This document shows positions 30,170 through 39,485 of a stretch of DNA of 53,089 nucleotides, one piece after another; position 1 is the stretch's first letter; every line of letters begins with the position of its first letter. Under the pieces are notes generated by a model. It was not told the origin of the DNA and made no database searches. It saw only the letters and a list, made by a program, of their open reading frames with translations. The DNA is from a virus (lineage: Duplodnaviria; Caudoviricetes). The stretch spans positions 1-53,089 of IMG/VR virus record IMGVR_UViG_3300030397_000666; one strand, written 5' to 3'. The position numbers and the translations under genes are program-made.

Positions 30170-30610
30170 ATGAAGCGAAAACTCAGATCTAAAATATGCT
30201 GCAAGATAAAAGACCACCAATCAGAAAACCAAGGTCAGAACCTAACAGTTTGTAAAGTCGTAAGACTCTGGATGGAGGCTCTCTCAGAAATGTCAGAGGG
30301 AGAGAAGCCCCGAAGAGAGGTAAGAAGAGTGATAGAGGAAGCCTACGACTCAAACTATCACGAGGTATCCGACGGCTGTTCTTACGTAGACGAATTCGGA
30401 TGGGGACCCCTAAAAAATCCCACGTGCGTTGGACACGACCACCTTTACTTCAAGGGAGAACTAACCAGACTCGAGTGCGATGTTTGGTTTCTAAATGCAA
30501 TGATAGACTTCGGTCACCCCCTTCGAGGAAGACTCAGATATTGGGGGGTTAGAGCCTTCGGTTGGTTACCCTGGAGAAAACACAGAAAAAGAGAGGTTAA
30601 TAAAGCATGA
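30170..30610 (+). CDS. DUF1353 / prokaryotic PLA2-like protein
   Basis: SDGCS, C..HD.LY, CD..F...M and YWGVRAFG motifs. Confidence 0.6.
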   Translation: MKRKLRSKICCKIKDHQSENQGQNLTVCKVVRLWMEALSEMSEGEKPRREVRRVIEEAYDSNYHEVSDGCSYVDEFGWGPLKNPTCVGHDHLYFKGELTRLECDVWFLNAMIDFGHPLRGRLRYWGVRAFGWLPWRKHRKREVNKA

Positions 30611-32682
30611 CAGTCCTTCTCGAAGAAGTAGGGGGAACCTCAAGAGATAGATTCCAAATATCTAAAGGTGGCCCTCATGTTAAAAAATCTGGGTCCCAGA
30701 TGCAAATCGTTGGAGCTGATGGAACAACGCTAGCAAATCTCTCAGTGGCGGAGCCTGTAGCAGCATCTGACGCAGCAACAAAAAACTACGTCGATACCTC
30801 TGGTGGAGGTGGGGGTGGCTTCTGGTCAAGAAATAGTACACCCACACCGAAGGAACTATCCCCAACTACAGCAGGAGACGTGGTTCTTTTTTCAGCTGGC
30901 ACCAGCTCAAACCCTGGTATAGGGAAGGTGGGAGAAATCAACACAGGTGTCTACTGGCCTGCTGCTTCTGAGATAGGTATCACGCTAGGAGGTACGCTTC
31001 ACACTCATTTTAAAGCGAACGAAATTACTGTAACTGGCTCAGGCGGAGGTAGCAATACTTGGCGAGCCATTAGCGCGAGCGAGATAAACATGAAGCCTAG
31101 CTCTACCTCTCTATCTCCTAAATTTCATCTTGGAATAATTGGGACGGGGACCACTAACCCCGCAGGGACTGAAGCGATCTTCGCTGCTTCTGGCTGGAGA
31201 GCTGCTTCTACCTCAAACAATCGACCAGGTATCGACACAATCTTAGAAGGTGGCCCAGGTACCGGTAGTAGTACCTCTCGAGGGGAGGTTGCAATAAAAG
31301 TTGCAGTGGCCACAGGCTCAGGAACCACGCTACAAACTACAACGGAAGTTGGAAGATTCAAGAGAGACGGATCCCTTGCTGTGGGTACTACAGGAACTAC
31401 GATAATACTCCCTGTATCCAGCACTGTTACAAGTCTAAGAACAAGCTCGACTACTGCTTTTACACTACAGCTTGGTCCTAGAGGAACAGGAGCAACCTCT
31501 CCAGCGCTTAGCACAACTCTAGGGTCTGCAGGCTGGATCGCGAATTCAAGCACGAACAATAGAGTAGGAACTGACACCAAGATAGCTGCGGGGCCAGGTA
31601 CTGGAAGCAGTACCACAGGAGGGGACGTCATTTTCATAACCCCCGACGCTGGAGCCTCTGGGATGACTCCTCAAACTTCCACCAACAAAATGGTTTTACA
31701 TAGAGAGGGACATCTTGCTATCGGCCCAAATGGTACCGGATCTTTTTGGAGAAACATTGATACAAGAACTTATAATTTCTACAGCTCCCTCGCTGGAAGG
31801 TCCAATCTCTACGCTGGTATTGTTGGAGAAGGCTCCACAGATTCAAGCACTGAAACCTACATAGGGAACCCAGGATTTCTCAGCGCCTCCACTCTAAACA
31901 ACAGAGGCGGAGGGGATACAGTTATCACATCCGGTCCAGGTACTGGAAGTAGTACCACTCGAGGAGACATTATCTTCAGAACCCCAAACGCTGGAGCTTC
32001 TGGAACAGCTGCCCAAACTACTACCGTCAAGATGACCCTTCACCGAGAAGGTCACGTCGTGATAAACGACCTCGGCTCTGAGTCAACTCCTGCTCTAGCT
32101 ATTGGTGGCGAAACAGACACCGGCTGGTACATGATCGCTGCGAATAGGATAGCGCTTACAGTTCTAGCAAGAAAGGCCTGGGACTTAACCCGGTCAGGAA
32201 CGACAGACACTGTGAGAATCGGGGAGGAGGGAGAAACCACTAACAACCCGCACAACTGGGATGTTAGAGTCAATGGTTGGACTTCAGCCAGCACGCTCAC
32301 CAATAGAATAGGTGTAGGCCTAGAATGGACGACAGGTCCAGGAACAGGCACAGGAACACCAGGTGACTTCGAGTGGCACACCTACAACGTGGGGACTACG
32401 GGAACCACAGTTCAATCTACTAGGCGTCAGATCATGAAGCTCACAGGTGAGAGAAACGACCTTCAACTCGGGGATACCTCCACTAGTGGAAGAAATTGCA
32501 AAATTTTTATTGGTACCACTATTTCAACCTTTGGGTCTATGGATGGACCAGGCCTCGTCCTCGGTGACGTCACAACAGAACCTACAGCTGGAGCTAGTGG
32601 AAAGGGCGTCTTGTTTGTAAATGGAAATGATTTAAAATTTATGGATGCTACTGGAGCCGTCTCCACTGTAGCTTTTGTCTAA
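30607..32682 (+). CDS. Tail fibre-like protein with four GPGTG modules
   Basis: DAATKNYVD fibre motif; G/S/T-rich; repeated NNR.G....GPGTG(S/T)..GD. Confidence 0.7.
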   Translation: MTVLLEEVGGTSRDRFQISKGGPHVKKSGSQMQIVGADGTTLANLSVAEPVAASDAATKNYVDTSGGGGGGFWSRNSTPTPKELSPTTAGDVVLFSAGTSSNPGIGKVGEINTGVYWPAASEIGITLGGTLHTHFKANEITVTGSGGGSNTWRAISASEINMKPSSTSLSPKFHLGIIGTGTTNPAGTEAIFAASGWRAASTSNNRPGIDTILEGGPGTGSSTSRGEVAIKVAVATGSGTTLQTTTEVGRFKRDGSLAVGTTGTTIILPVSSTVTSLRTSSTTAFTLQLGPRGTGATSPALSTTLGSAGWIANSSTNNRVGTDTKIAAGPGTGSSTTGGDVIFITPDAGASGMTPQTSTNKMVLHREGHLAIGPNGTGSFWRNIDTRTYNFYSSLAGRSNLYAGIVGEGSTDSSTETYIGNPGFLSASTLNNRGGGDTVITSGPGTGSSTTRGDIIFRTPNAGASGTAAQTTTVKMTLHREGHVVINDLGSESTPALAIGGETDTGWYMIAANRIALTVLARKAWDLTRSGTTDTVRIGEEGETTNNPHNWDVRVNGWTSASTLTNRIGVGLEWTTGPGTGTGTPGDFEWHTYNVGTTGTTVQSTRRQIMKLTGERNDLQLGDTSTSGRNCKIFIGTTISTFGSMDGPGLVLGDVTTEPTAGASGKGVLFVNGNDLKFMDATGAVSTVAFV

Positions 32683-32691
32683 GAGGATAAC

Positions 32692-33006
32692 ATGGCAATA
32701 ACAGGATCTATCACAACACCCTCACAGGAAACCTATGCGAATTCTTACGTCAAGGTCTGCGAGATAACTCAAAACCTAGAGGATCAAGTCGTGTCTTTCC
32801 GGGCAACAATCCACAAGACGCAAACCTCCTACGATAATGAGGAAGCAATAGTCGAGCCCGTAAAGACCTACCTCATCGAAGACGCACACTACACCACCTA
32901 TTTCGCAGACGCTGTTCTCGATACAGTAAACAAAAGGACAGAGACGCAGTGTGAGCAATACCTCATCAATGAAGAGTCTCGATTCTCTGGATTCACCACT
33001 GTGTAA
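32692..33006 (+). CDS. Small protein after the fibre gene (possible fibre chaperone)
   Basis: RBS GAGGA; position. Confidence 0.5.
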   Translation: MAITGSITTPSQETYANSYVKVCEITQNLEDQVVSFRATIHKTQTSYDNEEAIVEPVKTYLIEDAHYTTYFADAVLDTVNKRTETQCEQYLINEESRFSGFTTV

Positions 33007-33027
33007 AATTTTAGACATGTAAAAAAC

Positions 33028-33056
33028 TTTACACAAAATCGTGACGCTATTATAAT
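33028..33056 (+). promoter_or_regulatory. Sigma70-type promoter of the JAB/Ubl/rSAM/GT operon
   Basis: TTTACA-N17-TATAAT; spacer CAAAATCGTGACGCTAT is almost duplicated at 44245-44271 (-). Confidence 0.75.
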
Positions 33057-33082
33057 GGGGAGAGTAAAAAAATTTCTTAGAG

Positions 33083-33505
33083 GTGACAATGCACGCAGTA
33101 AAAGGGAACATATTCGCGTTTAGAGCTGCCTTAGACATATTAAGACAGAGGGATTCGGAAGACACTAAAGTGGGAGAGATGAGGATACTCATTCGCATTC
33201 TAGGGAAGCTAGAAAAAAAGGTACTCCCTCTCGATAACTACATTCTCATAAAAGGGCAGAATGAAACAAACGCAGCTGGAGAAAAATACAAGGTTGCGTT
33301 TCCAGAGCTCCACCCCACCAAAATAACGCACGAACACTGGAGGGATAAAAAACACCCCCCAATCCTCATCGAATTCGAGGAAGATGAAATGAAGGTGTTG
33401 AAAAGCGCCTTCTCAGATGAAAAGAGTTTTTCAAGAGAGTACACGAACCAAGTCATGTTATTCGTTGAAGCTTTAGATTCCGCAGAACCGAGGTCAGGAA
33501 AGTGA
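33083..33505 (+). CDS. Hypothetical protein, first gene of the operon
   Basis: Downstream of the promoter; GTGA overlap with the JAB gene. Confidence 0.6.
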   Translation: MTMHAVKGNIFAFRAALDILRQRDSEDTKVGEMRILIRILGKLEKKVLPLDNYILIKGQNETNAAGEKYKVAFPELHPTKITHEHWRDKKHPPILIEFEEDEMKVLKSAFSDEKSFSREYTNQVMLFVEALDSAEPRSGK

Positions 33506-33957
33506 AGATACTTTTAAAACAGAAACATCTCGACGACATTGCAGGTCTATGTCTCATGCACTACCCAAATGTAGCCTGTGGCTATCTGCTTGGGGACACT
33601 CTCGAGGAAGACAAGAGACTTCTCTTTCCCTACTCAGTGAGAAACCTACATCCAGAACCACAACAAAAATTTATTATTGACGAAGAAACCTACATCCACG
33701 TCGAGAACCACGCTAAGAACCGAAAGGCGGATATAATAGGTATCTTCCGATCTGTCCTTGTCTCTGAAGATGAGGACAAGGAGGTGGAGGAGGCTCTCCT
33801 AGAAGACGCTAAAACGGCGCAACCCTGGAGCACTTATCTCTACATTCCCATTATTCGATCTCAGAATTCTATAGGCTGTTTCGCTTGCTATCGATTGGTA
33901 GACGGCAAGTTTACGATGGAAGAAGTTGATCTAGAAAACTGGAGGTACAATGGCTAA
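33502..33957 (+). CDS. JAB/Mov34 (M67/Mec-like) domain protein, catalytically degenerate
   Basis: YPNVACGYLLG (catalytic E replaced by V), V.N....P...F.ID, IIGIFRSV where HSHP is expected. Confidence 0.75.
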   Translation: MKILLKQKHLDDIAGLCLMHYPNVACGYLLGDTLEEDKRLLFPYSVRNLHPEPQQKFIIDEETYIHVENHAKNRKADIIGIFRSVLVSEDEDKEVEEALLEDAKTAQPWSTYLYIPIIRSQNSIGCFACYRLVDGKFTMEEVDLENWRYNG

Positions 33958-34216
33958 CGTTCGCCTGAGAATCCCCTACTCTTTTCAGAAGGCTGTCGAG
34001 GCTCCTATGTTGATCGACACTACCTGCGAGATAAAGGAAGGCCTCCTCGAATTGGACCCCAAGACCCACCCAGGCGTGGTAGAACTCGCAAGGGATGGAC
34101 AGAAAAAAAAGAATCTCGCGGTCTTACTTGATGGTATTCCTCTGAAAGATCCCAATCCAGAACTATCAGAAGTAAGAGAAATAACCCTTGTCCCCATCTT
34201 TGGAGATACACAATGA
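33950..34216 (+). CDS. Ubiquitin-like MoaD/ThiS/CysO beta-grasp protein lacking the terminal GG
   Basis: VRLRIP..F, HPG, NLAVLLDG, L....EITLVPIFGDTQ. Confidence 0.7.
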   Translation: MANVRLRIPYSFQKAVEAPMLIDTTCEIKEGLLELDPKTHPGVVELARDGQKKKNLAVLLDGIPLKDPNPELSEVREITLVPIFGDTQ

Positions 34217-36234
34217 AACTCCTTAACGTCAATAAGGTAATTCACAATCAAATCAAGTGGCTACACGTGGAGCCCAGAATAGCAAAGTTTAAGCTTCGAG
34301 GAAAATATATCCTTTACGATGAGAACTCAATGTCACTCTGGGAAGTAGACCAGAAAACCTACGAACGAGCAGACCTGAACAAGATAGGGTCGAGACAAAA
34401 ACCCTTCTTCGATCAGATGTTCAATCAACCTGACTTCAGAATGATTGTCTTCCAGAGTACGCACGCCTGCAACTTAGACTGTGGCTACTGCTTCGTTACA
34501 GCTCACTATGTGAACCACGACAACAGACTCCACCTAGACGTAGCGAAGAAAGCAATCGACAAATACCAGCCCCATACCGCTAAACAAAACTACAACATTG
34601 GTTTCTTTGGTGGTGAGCCTCTAATGAATTGGGAAACCATCTTTAAGATCATGGAGGACGTGAAGGAGCGCGGTAAGAAGTATGGCCTCGGTCATCAATT
34701 CCACATCACAACTAATGCAACACTTGTCACAAGAGAGATGGCTGAATACTTCAGCAAAAATAACGTTTCCTTTATTGTCTCCCTTGATGGTACCGAAGGC
34801 TTCCACAACAACAATAGACCCTATCATGGAGGGGGTGGAACTTGGCGAGACGTAATGAGAGGACTCGAGTATCTCACCGAAGCTTTCCACAAAAACCGCC
34901 CAGGTAAAGAGGTACCTATCACCCTGAGGTCCACCTTCGACAAAAAAGGAGTTGACCTGGTTGAGTGTTTAGAATTCCTAAATGGTCTCATGTACGACGG
35001 CCTCGGCTCCCATGTTTCTGTTGAGCCTGCTTCTCTTGGTGAGAGTTGTTCAACAAATAGTGTAAGCCTCGACACATTCAATCTCGAAGAGCTCCGAGCT
35101 ATGTTCGAGAGGGAATACTGGCGAGCAGCTGACTGGTTCCTAGAAGAACTGAGAAAGGGAAGACGTCCAAGCTTCCATCATTTCGAGGTGCCGCTACAAA
35201 GAATCTACGATAGAATCCCCAGTGTTTCAGAATGTGGCGCAGGAAAAGGCTACATCTCTATCGGGCCCGGTGGTACAATCTCCTCATGCCATAGAGAACA
35301 TGGTTCTCTCATTGGTAACCTCTTCAAGGGAGGAATTGACCCAACCCTTCAAGCTAAATGGCTTGACAACAGACTCTACAATAGAACGACTTGCCCAGAT
35401 TGTTGGCGGAGAAATCTATGTGGGGGTGGATGCCGAGCTAACTCTGCCCTAATCAACGACAACATCTATGCACCTTCTGTTGTAGAGTGTCTCTTTAAGG
35501 AAATGGAGACGCTTCCTGTGTTCTATCTCCTTGCCGAAATGAGCGACGAGGAAAAACTCCAGTTCTCTAAACAGCAAAGAATCCCTACCCCCGTAGGTGA
35601 GAATGTTGCCCCAGAAAATCTAACGTACAAGAAGAAAGTAAACCAGGGACCAAGACAGGAGAATCCTAATAATTCTGTGCAAACCTGGCAGCTAGAAAAT
35701 AAGTACACCTACGACGCCGTTACAGCTCTTCCCAAGAGTACAGCTGAAGTAGGAAAAGGTGGTAACGGTGCGAAGCTTCCTCAAATCACTCAGGCTATGA
35801 AGATTAAACAGCCTGGAGGGGAGACCACAACCTACCGGGAAGATGGTACAGCCACAGCAACTATGGAGCCCGAGCAAGACGAAGACGTCCCTAGTTGGGT
35901 TAAGGATCAAATTGATCCAAGCCTAAAAGAACCTCCTAAAAATCCCTACGACGACGATGACGACTGGAAGGGAATCGATCCAAAAACAAGAAAAGAGATC
36001 GAGAAAAAACAGGAGAAACAAAAGGACTGGATTAACCCTGAACGGAATCAGAACAAGTATGAGAACAGGCCCGTCGCTTCAGACGAAGAAGAGGAAGTTG
36101 AAATCAACGACACCTTCGAGGCCATCACAGAAGACGAGGAAGACTCAGGTTGCTGCAAGGATGACCCAGAAAAATCCTGCGGCTGCGGTCCAAAAGACGA
36201 AGACTCAGAACCAACGGAGCTAGAAATCGAATAA
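34213..36234 (+). CDS. Radical SAM/SPASM peptide maturase (SCIFF/ranthipeptide CteB-like) with a long acidic C-terminal extension
   Basis: CNLDCGYC, FFGGEPL, TTNATL, SLDG, SVEP; SPASM CGAG...G....CH and CPDC....LCGGGC...C; N-terminal KFKLRGKYILYDENS resembles RRE strands. Confidence 0.9.
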   Translation: MKLLNVNKVIHNQIKWLHVEPRIAKFKLRGKYILYDENSMSLWEVDQKTYERADLNKIGSRQKPFFDQMFNQPDFRMIVFQSTHACNLDCGYCFVTAHYVNHDNRLHLDVAKKAIDKYQPHTAKQNYNIGFFGGEPLMNWETIFKIMEDVKERGKKYGLGHQFHITTNATLVTREMAEYFSKNNVSFIVSLDGTEGFHNNNRPYHGGGGTWRDVMRGLEYLTEAFHKNRPGKEVPITLRSTFDKKGVDLVECLEFLNGLMYDGLGSHVSVEPASLGESCSTNSVSLDTFNLEELRAMFEREYWRAADWFLEELRKGRRPSFHHFEVPLQRIYDRIPSVSECGAGKGYISIGPGGTISSCHREHGSLIGNLFKGGIDPTLQAKWLDNRLYNRTTCPDCWRRNLCGGGCRANSALINDNIYAPSVVECLFKEMETLPVFYLLAEMSDEEKLQFSKQQRIPTPVGENVAPENLTYKKKVNQGPRQENPNNSVQTWQLENKYTYDAVTALPKSTAEVGKGGNGAKLPQITQAMKIKQPGGETTTYREDGTATATMEPEQDEDVPSWVKDQIDPSLKEPPKNPYDDDDDWKGIDPKTRKEIEKKQEKQKDWINPERNQNKYENRPVASDEEEEVEINDTFEAITEDEEDSGCCKDDPEKSCGCGPKDEDSEPTELEIE

Positions 36235-37439
36235 TGGAAATTTTGCTCGACTCTATGGTTGAAGGGGATCCCCAGGTCCCCTTCAAGTATGTTCGAGCCG
36301 TTCGAGAGAGCGGTGGACTGGGGGATGTTGTTAGATGCTTAGCGGTACTCCAAGGGTTGAGAGAGAAATATCCAGACGCTCGAGTACATTTCTTCGGTCC
36401 CGGATACTTAGCGGATCTTGTGGTACCAAGAGCAAAGAACGCCTTCGACAGTTATATCAGATGTGAGAATCAAAGCAGGGCAAGAGACGCCGTAATCGAT
36501 GAAGATGTTTTCCCTCATCTTAATGTAGGCATTGAATACGACGAGTCTCACGACATGTTCTGTCCTGCTTACCTTGAGGAGCCTGCAACGGGGGGGATTG
36601 TCTGCCAGGAAAGAACAGAGCTATGGTGTAGACACGCAGATGTCCCCCTCTCTAGGCCTCGTCTAATTCCATTAGAACAAGACTTGCAAGTTGCAGAAAA
36701 CATGATGAATCAACACGACAGGATCGTGGGGATCCAGGTTGGGGCAACTTGTAGATCTAGAGAATGGCCATTCGAGAACTGGGCCCAGTTGATCAAGATG
36801 CTCCGAAGAGAAGGAATCCATGTTGTAATTTTCGACGTGTGCTATAGATGGGGAGACACCATTTCTCACAGCGATTGTGAGATGGTAGTGAATGGCTCCT
36901 GGTTCGACGTAGTGGGAAAGATAATGTCGACGAACCTAATGATCACACCAGATAGTGGCTTCTATCATCTGTCTGGAGCGTTAAAGAAAAAGACTCTTGG
37001 TATTTTTGGGCCCACTAGCGGCCAGGTAATATCTAGGATCTGGAACATGGAAGTTCCTACACACTTCTACATTCAGACAGACTGGAGAGACGTGGACCCA
37101 GACATCCTACCTAAGAAAAATGGAAGTGGTAAACCCTGCATTCCTATTTGTTATCAACGTTGGGAGAGAGGGTGGGATGGTGCAAGGTACAGGGAGAAAA
37201 AAGAATATTGCGCGCTCATAAAGCAGATAACTCCAGGAATGGTGTTCAATCAAGTGATGAGCATGTTGAACGATCCTCACGGAAACAACCCAGGGCTAGC
37301 AAGAGCTTTCGAGCACTACGACCACGAGCATGGGTACCCACTTAGCTTAAAACAAAAGATTGTGAAGTGGAAACAATTAAACTCAAACGTAAAACGTCAA
37401 GAGCAAACAAAAGAGCTAGAGAAAAACAATAAGACTTGA
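36234..37439 (+). CDS. GT9-family (heptosyltransferase-like) glycosyltransferase
   Basis: GGLGDVV, GA....REWP.ENW, ITPDSGFYHLSGAL...TLGIFGPT. Confidence 0.85.
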   Translation: MEILLDSMVEGDPQVPFKYVRAVRESGGLGDVVRCLAVLQGLREKYPDARVHFFGPGYLADLVVPRAKNAFDSYIRCENQSRARDAVIDEDVFPHLNVGIEYDESHDMFCPAYLEEPATGGIVCQERTELWCRHADVPLSRPRLIPLEQDLQVAENMMNQHDRIVGIQVGATCRSREWPFENWAQLIKMLRREGIHVVIFDVCYRWGDTISHSDCEMVVNGSWFDVVGKIMSTNLMITPDSGFYHLSGALKKKTLGIFGPTSGQVISRIWNMEVPTHFYIQTDWRDVDPDILPKKNGSGKPCIPICYQRWERGWDGARYREKKEYCALIKQITPGMVFNQVMSMLNDPHGNNPGLARAFEHYDHEHGYPLSLKQKIVKWKQLNSNVKRQEQTKELEKNNKT

Positions 37440-37759
37440 ACTCCCTCGAGCTGCAAATAGGAGTACCTATGTCAAGAACTTTCCCCATCCAGTATGGAGT
37501 GGCAACCGAAGAGTCCAAAGACCCTTCACTCCTTCAAGAGATACCTTGGGAGATGATAGCACCTTTCGAGGAACAAGCTCTGTCCAACCACGGACAAACT
37601 CTCGAGGAGCTCGCCGATAGATGTGGTTGCGATCCTATAGAAACTCTAGCTATCATGAAGGGGATACGCCTCAGACATGAGCTGTTTCAAAACACCACAA
37701 TAAGAGAGGCAGAAAAAGAATTGAGGGAAGCTGTAGAAAAATTCAAGGAGAAGAGTTAA
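37436..37759 (+). CDS. Hypothetical phage protein
   Basis: QA..NHGQTLE.LA.R.G motif; last gene before the convergent operon. Confidence 0.6.
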   Translation: MNSLELQIGVPMSRTFPIQYGVATEESKDPSLLQEIPWEMIAPFEEQALSNHGQTLEELADRCGCDPIETLAIMKGIRLRHELFQNTTIREAEKELREAVEKFKEKS

Positions 37760-38100
37760 ACGTCTTCGAGTTGCTTAATTAGAGCAGTCTCTAGCTGGCC
37801 CAAGGTATCCCTCAACTTCGCGGTCAAACCCTCAGACTTAATCATTGTTTGATTCATATCCTCTATTACTTCCTCGTTAATTTCGCTAACAGGCAATCCA
37901 TCCTTATATGGAGCGAGAGAAACTTGATTACCCTGTTTAAGGCTCTCAGCTGTCGTTTTTTGCTGATGTAGAAGTCCGAGGAGGAAAAGTATATCGTCAA
38001 CCTTAAAACGCACTGTAACGTCCAAAGAAGCGTCTTTAAGGAATAGATCCATTTCGAGGATCTCCTTGTCATTAAAATCAATGATTATTTCCTTACCCAT
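37756..38100 (-). CDS. Hypothetical protein
   Basis: TAATG-coupled to 38100-38588. Confidence 0.6.
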   Translation of the reverse strand: MGKEIIIDFNDKEILEMDLFLKDASLDVTVRFKVDDILFLLGLLHQQKTTAESLKQGNQVSLAPYKDGLPVSEINEEVIEDMNQTMIKSEGLTAKLRDTLGQLETALIKQLEDV

Positions 38101-38588
38101 TACTCTTCGGAGTCCTCATTGAAAAGTTTATCAAGATTGAGGTCGTAGACACTTTCTAGCTCGTCAAGGGTGCCAGGCTCGTAGATGTCAACAAGAGGCA
38201 AACGCTTCGCGATACCATAAACGTTAGCCGCCTTGGTTCCAGCTCGTTCAGTTATTTCTCTACCAGTCAACCGACCGTAGCGAAGAAGGCACAGCATAAG
38301 ACGCATTTCTGCCCCGTCGTATCTCTCTTTTAGAAAATGGTCTAAGGCTGCAAGAACATGAACCCTATCAGGAAAATTATCGTCGTCCTCAATCTCTTCG
38401 TGGACTTCCCTCGTTTGAACCATTTCATAGCTTGGAAGCGCCTTGTCTAAAGTGTCTCTAAGATTTTCAGCAGAGCCCTCCACCAAGTAGAGCATAGCAA
38501 TGCACTCACCATCTAGCTTTAAGTTAGTTCTATAGACAGAATCTGCCATCGGGGTTAGTTCAAAATCCGTTGCAAAAATTTTATTCAT
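38100..38588 (-). CDS. Protein with a C-terminal winged HTH (TrmB-like)
   Basis: LLRYGRLTGREITERAG....NVYGIAKRL. Confidence 0.55.
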   Translation of the reverse strand: MNKIFATDFELTPMADSVYRTNLKLDGECIAMLYLVEGSAENLRDTLDKALPSYEMVQTREVHEEIEDDDNFPDRVHVLAALDHFLKERYDGAEMRLMLCLLRYGRLTGREITERAGTKAANVYGIAKRLPLVDIYEPGTLDELESVYDLNLDKLFNEDSEE

Positions 38589-38607
38589 TCGGGTTTCCTT
38601 TTAAAAA

Positions 38608-38979
38608 TTAAGGTCCAAAGATGTCGTCGAACATCTCAGACAGGTGGTCACTAGTTTTCTTCCCCCAGTCATCAACTTTCTTTCCTATACCTATCGCAGT
38701 GTCTTTCATCGCCTGGATGTTCTCCTCCTTCTTAATGTCCTCAATAGAGAGTTCCCCACTGCGAACCCTGTCCAACTGGGAGATCTTCTTCATTATCCTC
38801 AGGTGAATAATTCTCTTTTTCTCAGCAAGCTCAGCCAAGTTCTTCGACTGAATAGAACTCGTTATTCTTGTAAGAATACCACCAAGCTCTTCAATGTCTT
38901 TCATTAAGCCGAGGTCGTCCTCGAGGCCCTTCAATTGCTCATCAACCTCACAAGAAATTACAAACCGAATAGGCCTCAC
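38608..38979 (-). CDS. Hypothetical protein
   Basis: RBS AAGGAG before GTG. Confidence 0.55.
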   Translation of the reverse strand: MRPIRFVISCEVDEQLKGLEDDLGLMKDIEELGGILTRITSSIQSKNLAELAEKKRIIHLRIMKKISQLDRVRSGELSIEDIKKEENIQAMKDTAIGIGKKVDDWGKKTSDHLSEMFDDIFGP

Positions 38980-39140
38980 GCAAATCTCCTTTCTATTGGT
39001 TCACGTCCTAACCACAGTATAGGCTTTATAGTCATTGGGTGCAATAGAATAAATCCACGCGCTCGTCTTGCTAAAATTTTTCGACGGAGCCAAACACAAA
39101 AAGAAAAAATCAGAAAGGACAAGTGTACCAAGGCGACCTC

Positions 39141-39485
39141 CTAAAGTCCATTGGGATTCGTGACCCACTGTCTCGAGCTTGGTGGGTCTTTTCTATTCAC
39201 CGTAGAAGAGATGTCCACCCGTTCCTCTTCCTCGTCTGCCTCCTCGTCTAATATCTCAGCTAGAATCCAAGTTGCACACATGTCGGATAGCAATAAACAA
39301 TCTGGATCGAACTCCTCTGGATCTCCATTTCGATCGTGATATTCCTTAACAAGCGCAACCCTCTCTTCTTCAGTCCAATCCTCTGGAAAATCCCAGTCGT
39401 TACAGACGTTGTTACCGAGTTCATTCGAGTAAGAACGCAGGAATTCTGCCACCATTCTTAATAGTTTTTCCCTAGGTATCTTCAC
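39141..39485 (-). CDS. Hypothetical acidic protein
   Basis: Part of an overlapping minus-strand gene chain. Confidence 0.6.
   Translation of the reverse strand: MKIPREKLLRMVAEFLRSYSNELGNNVCNDWDFPEDWTEEERVALVKEYHDRNGDPEEFDPDCLLLSDMCATWILAEILDEEADEEEERVDISSTVNRKDPPSSRQWVTNPNGL

Noticed and set aside
23354-32682. Diversity-generating retroelement acting on tail genes
   Set aside because: No reverse transcriptase in the window and no TR/VR pair differing only at adenines was seen.
197-37345. Numerous antisense or alternate-frame ORFs nested in the plus-strand genes
   Set aside because: Shadow ORFs fully overlapping well-supported genes, with no motifs of their own.
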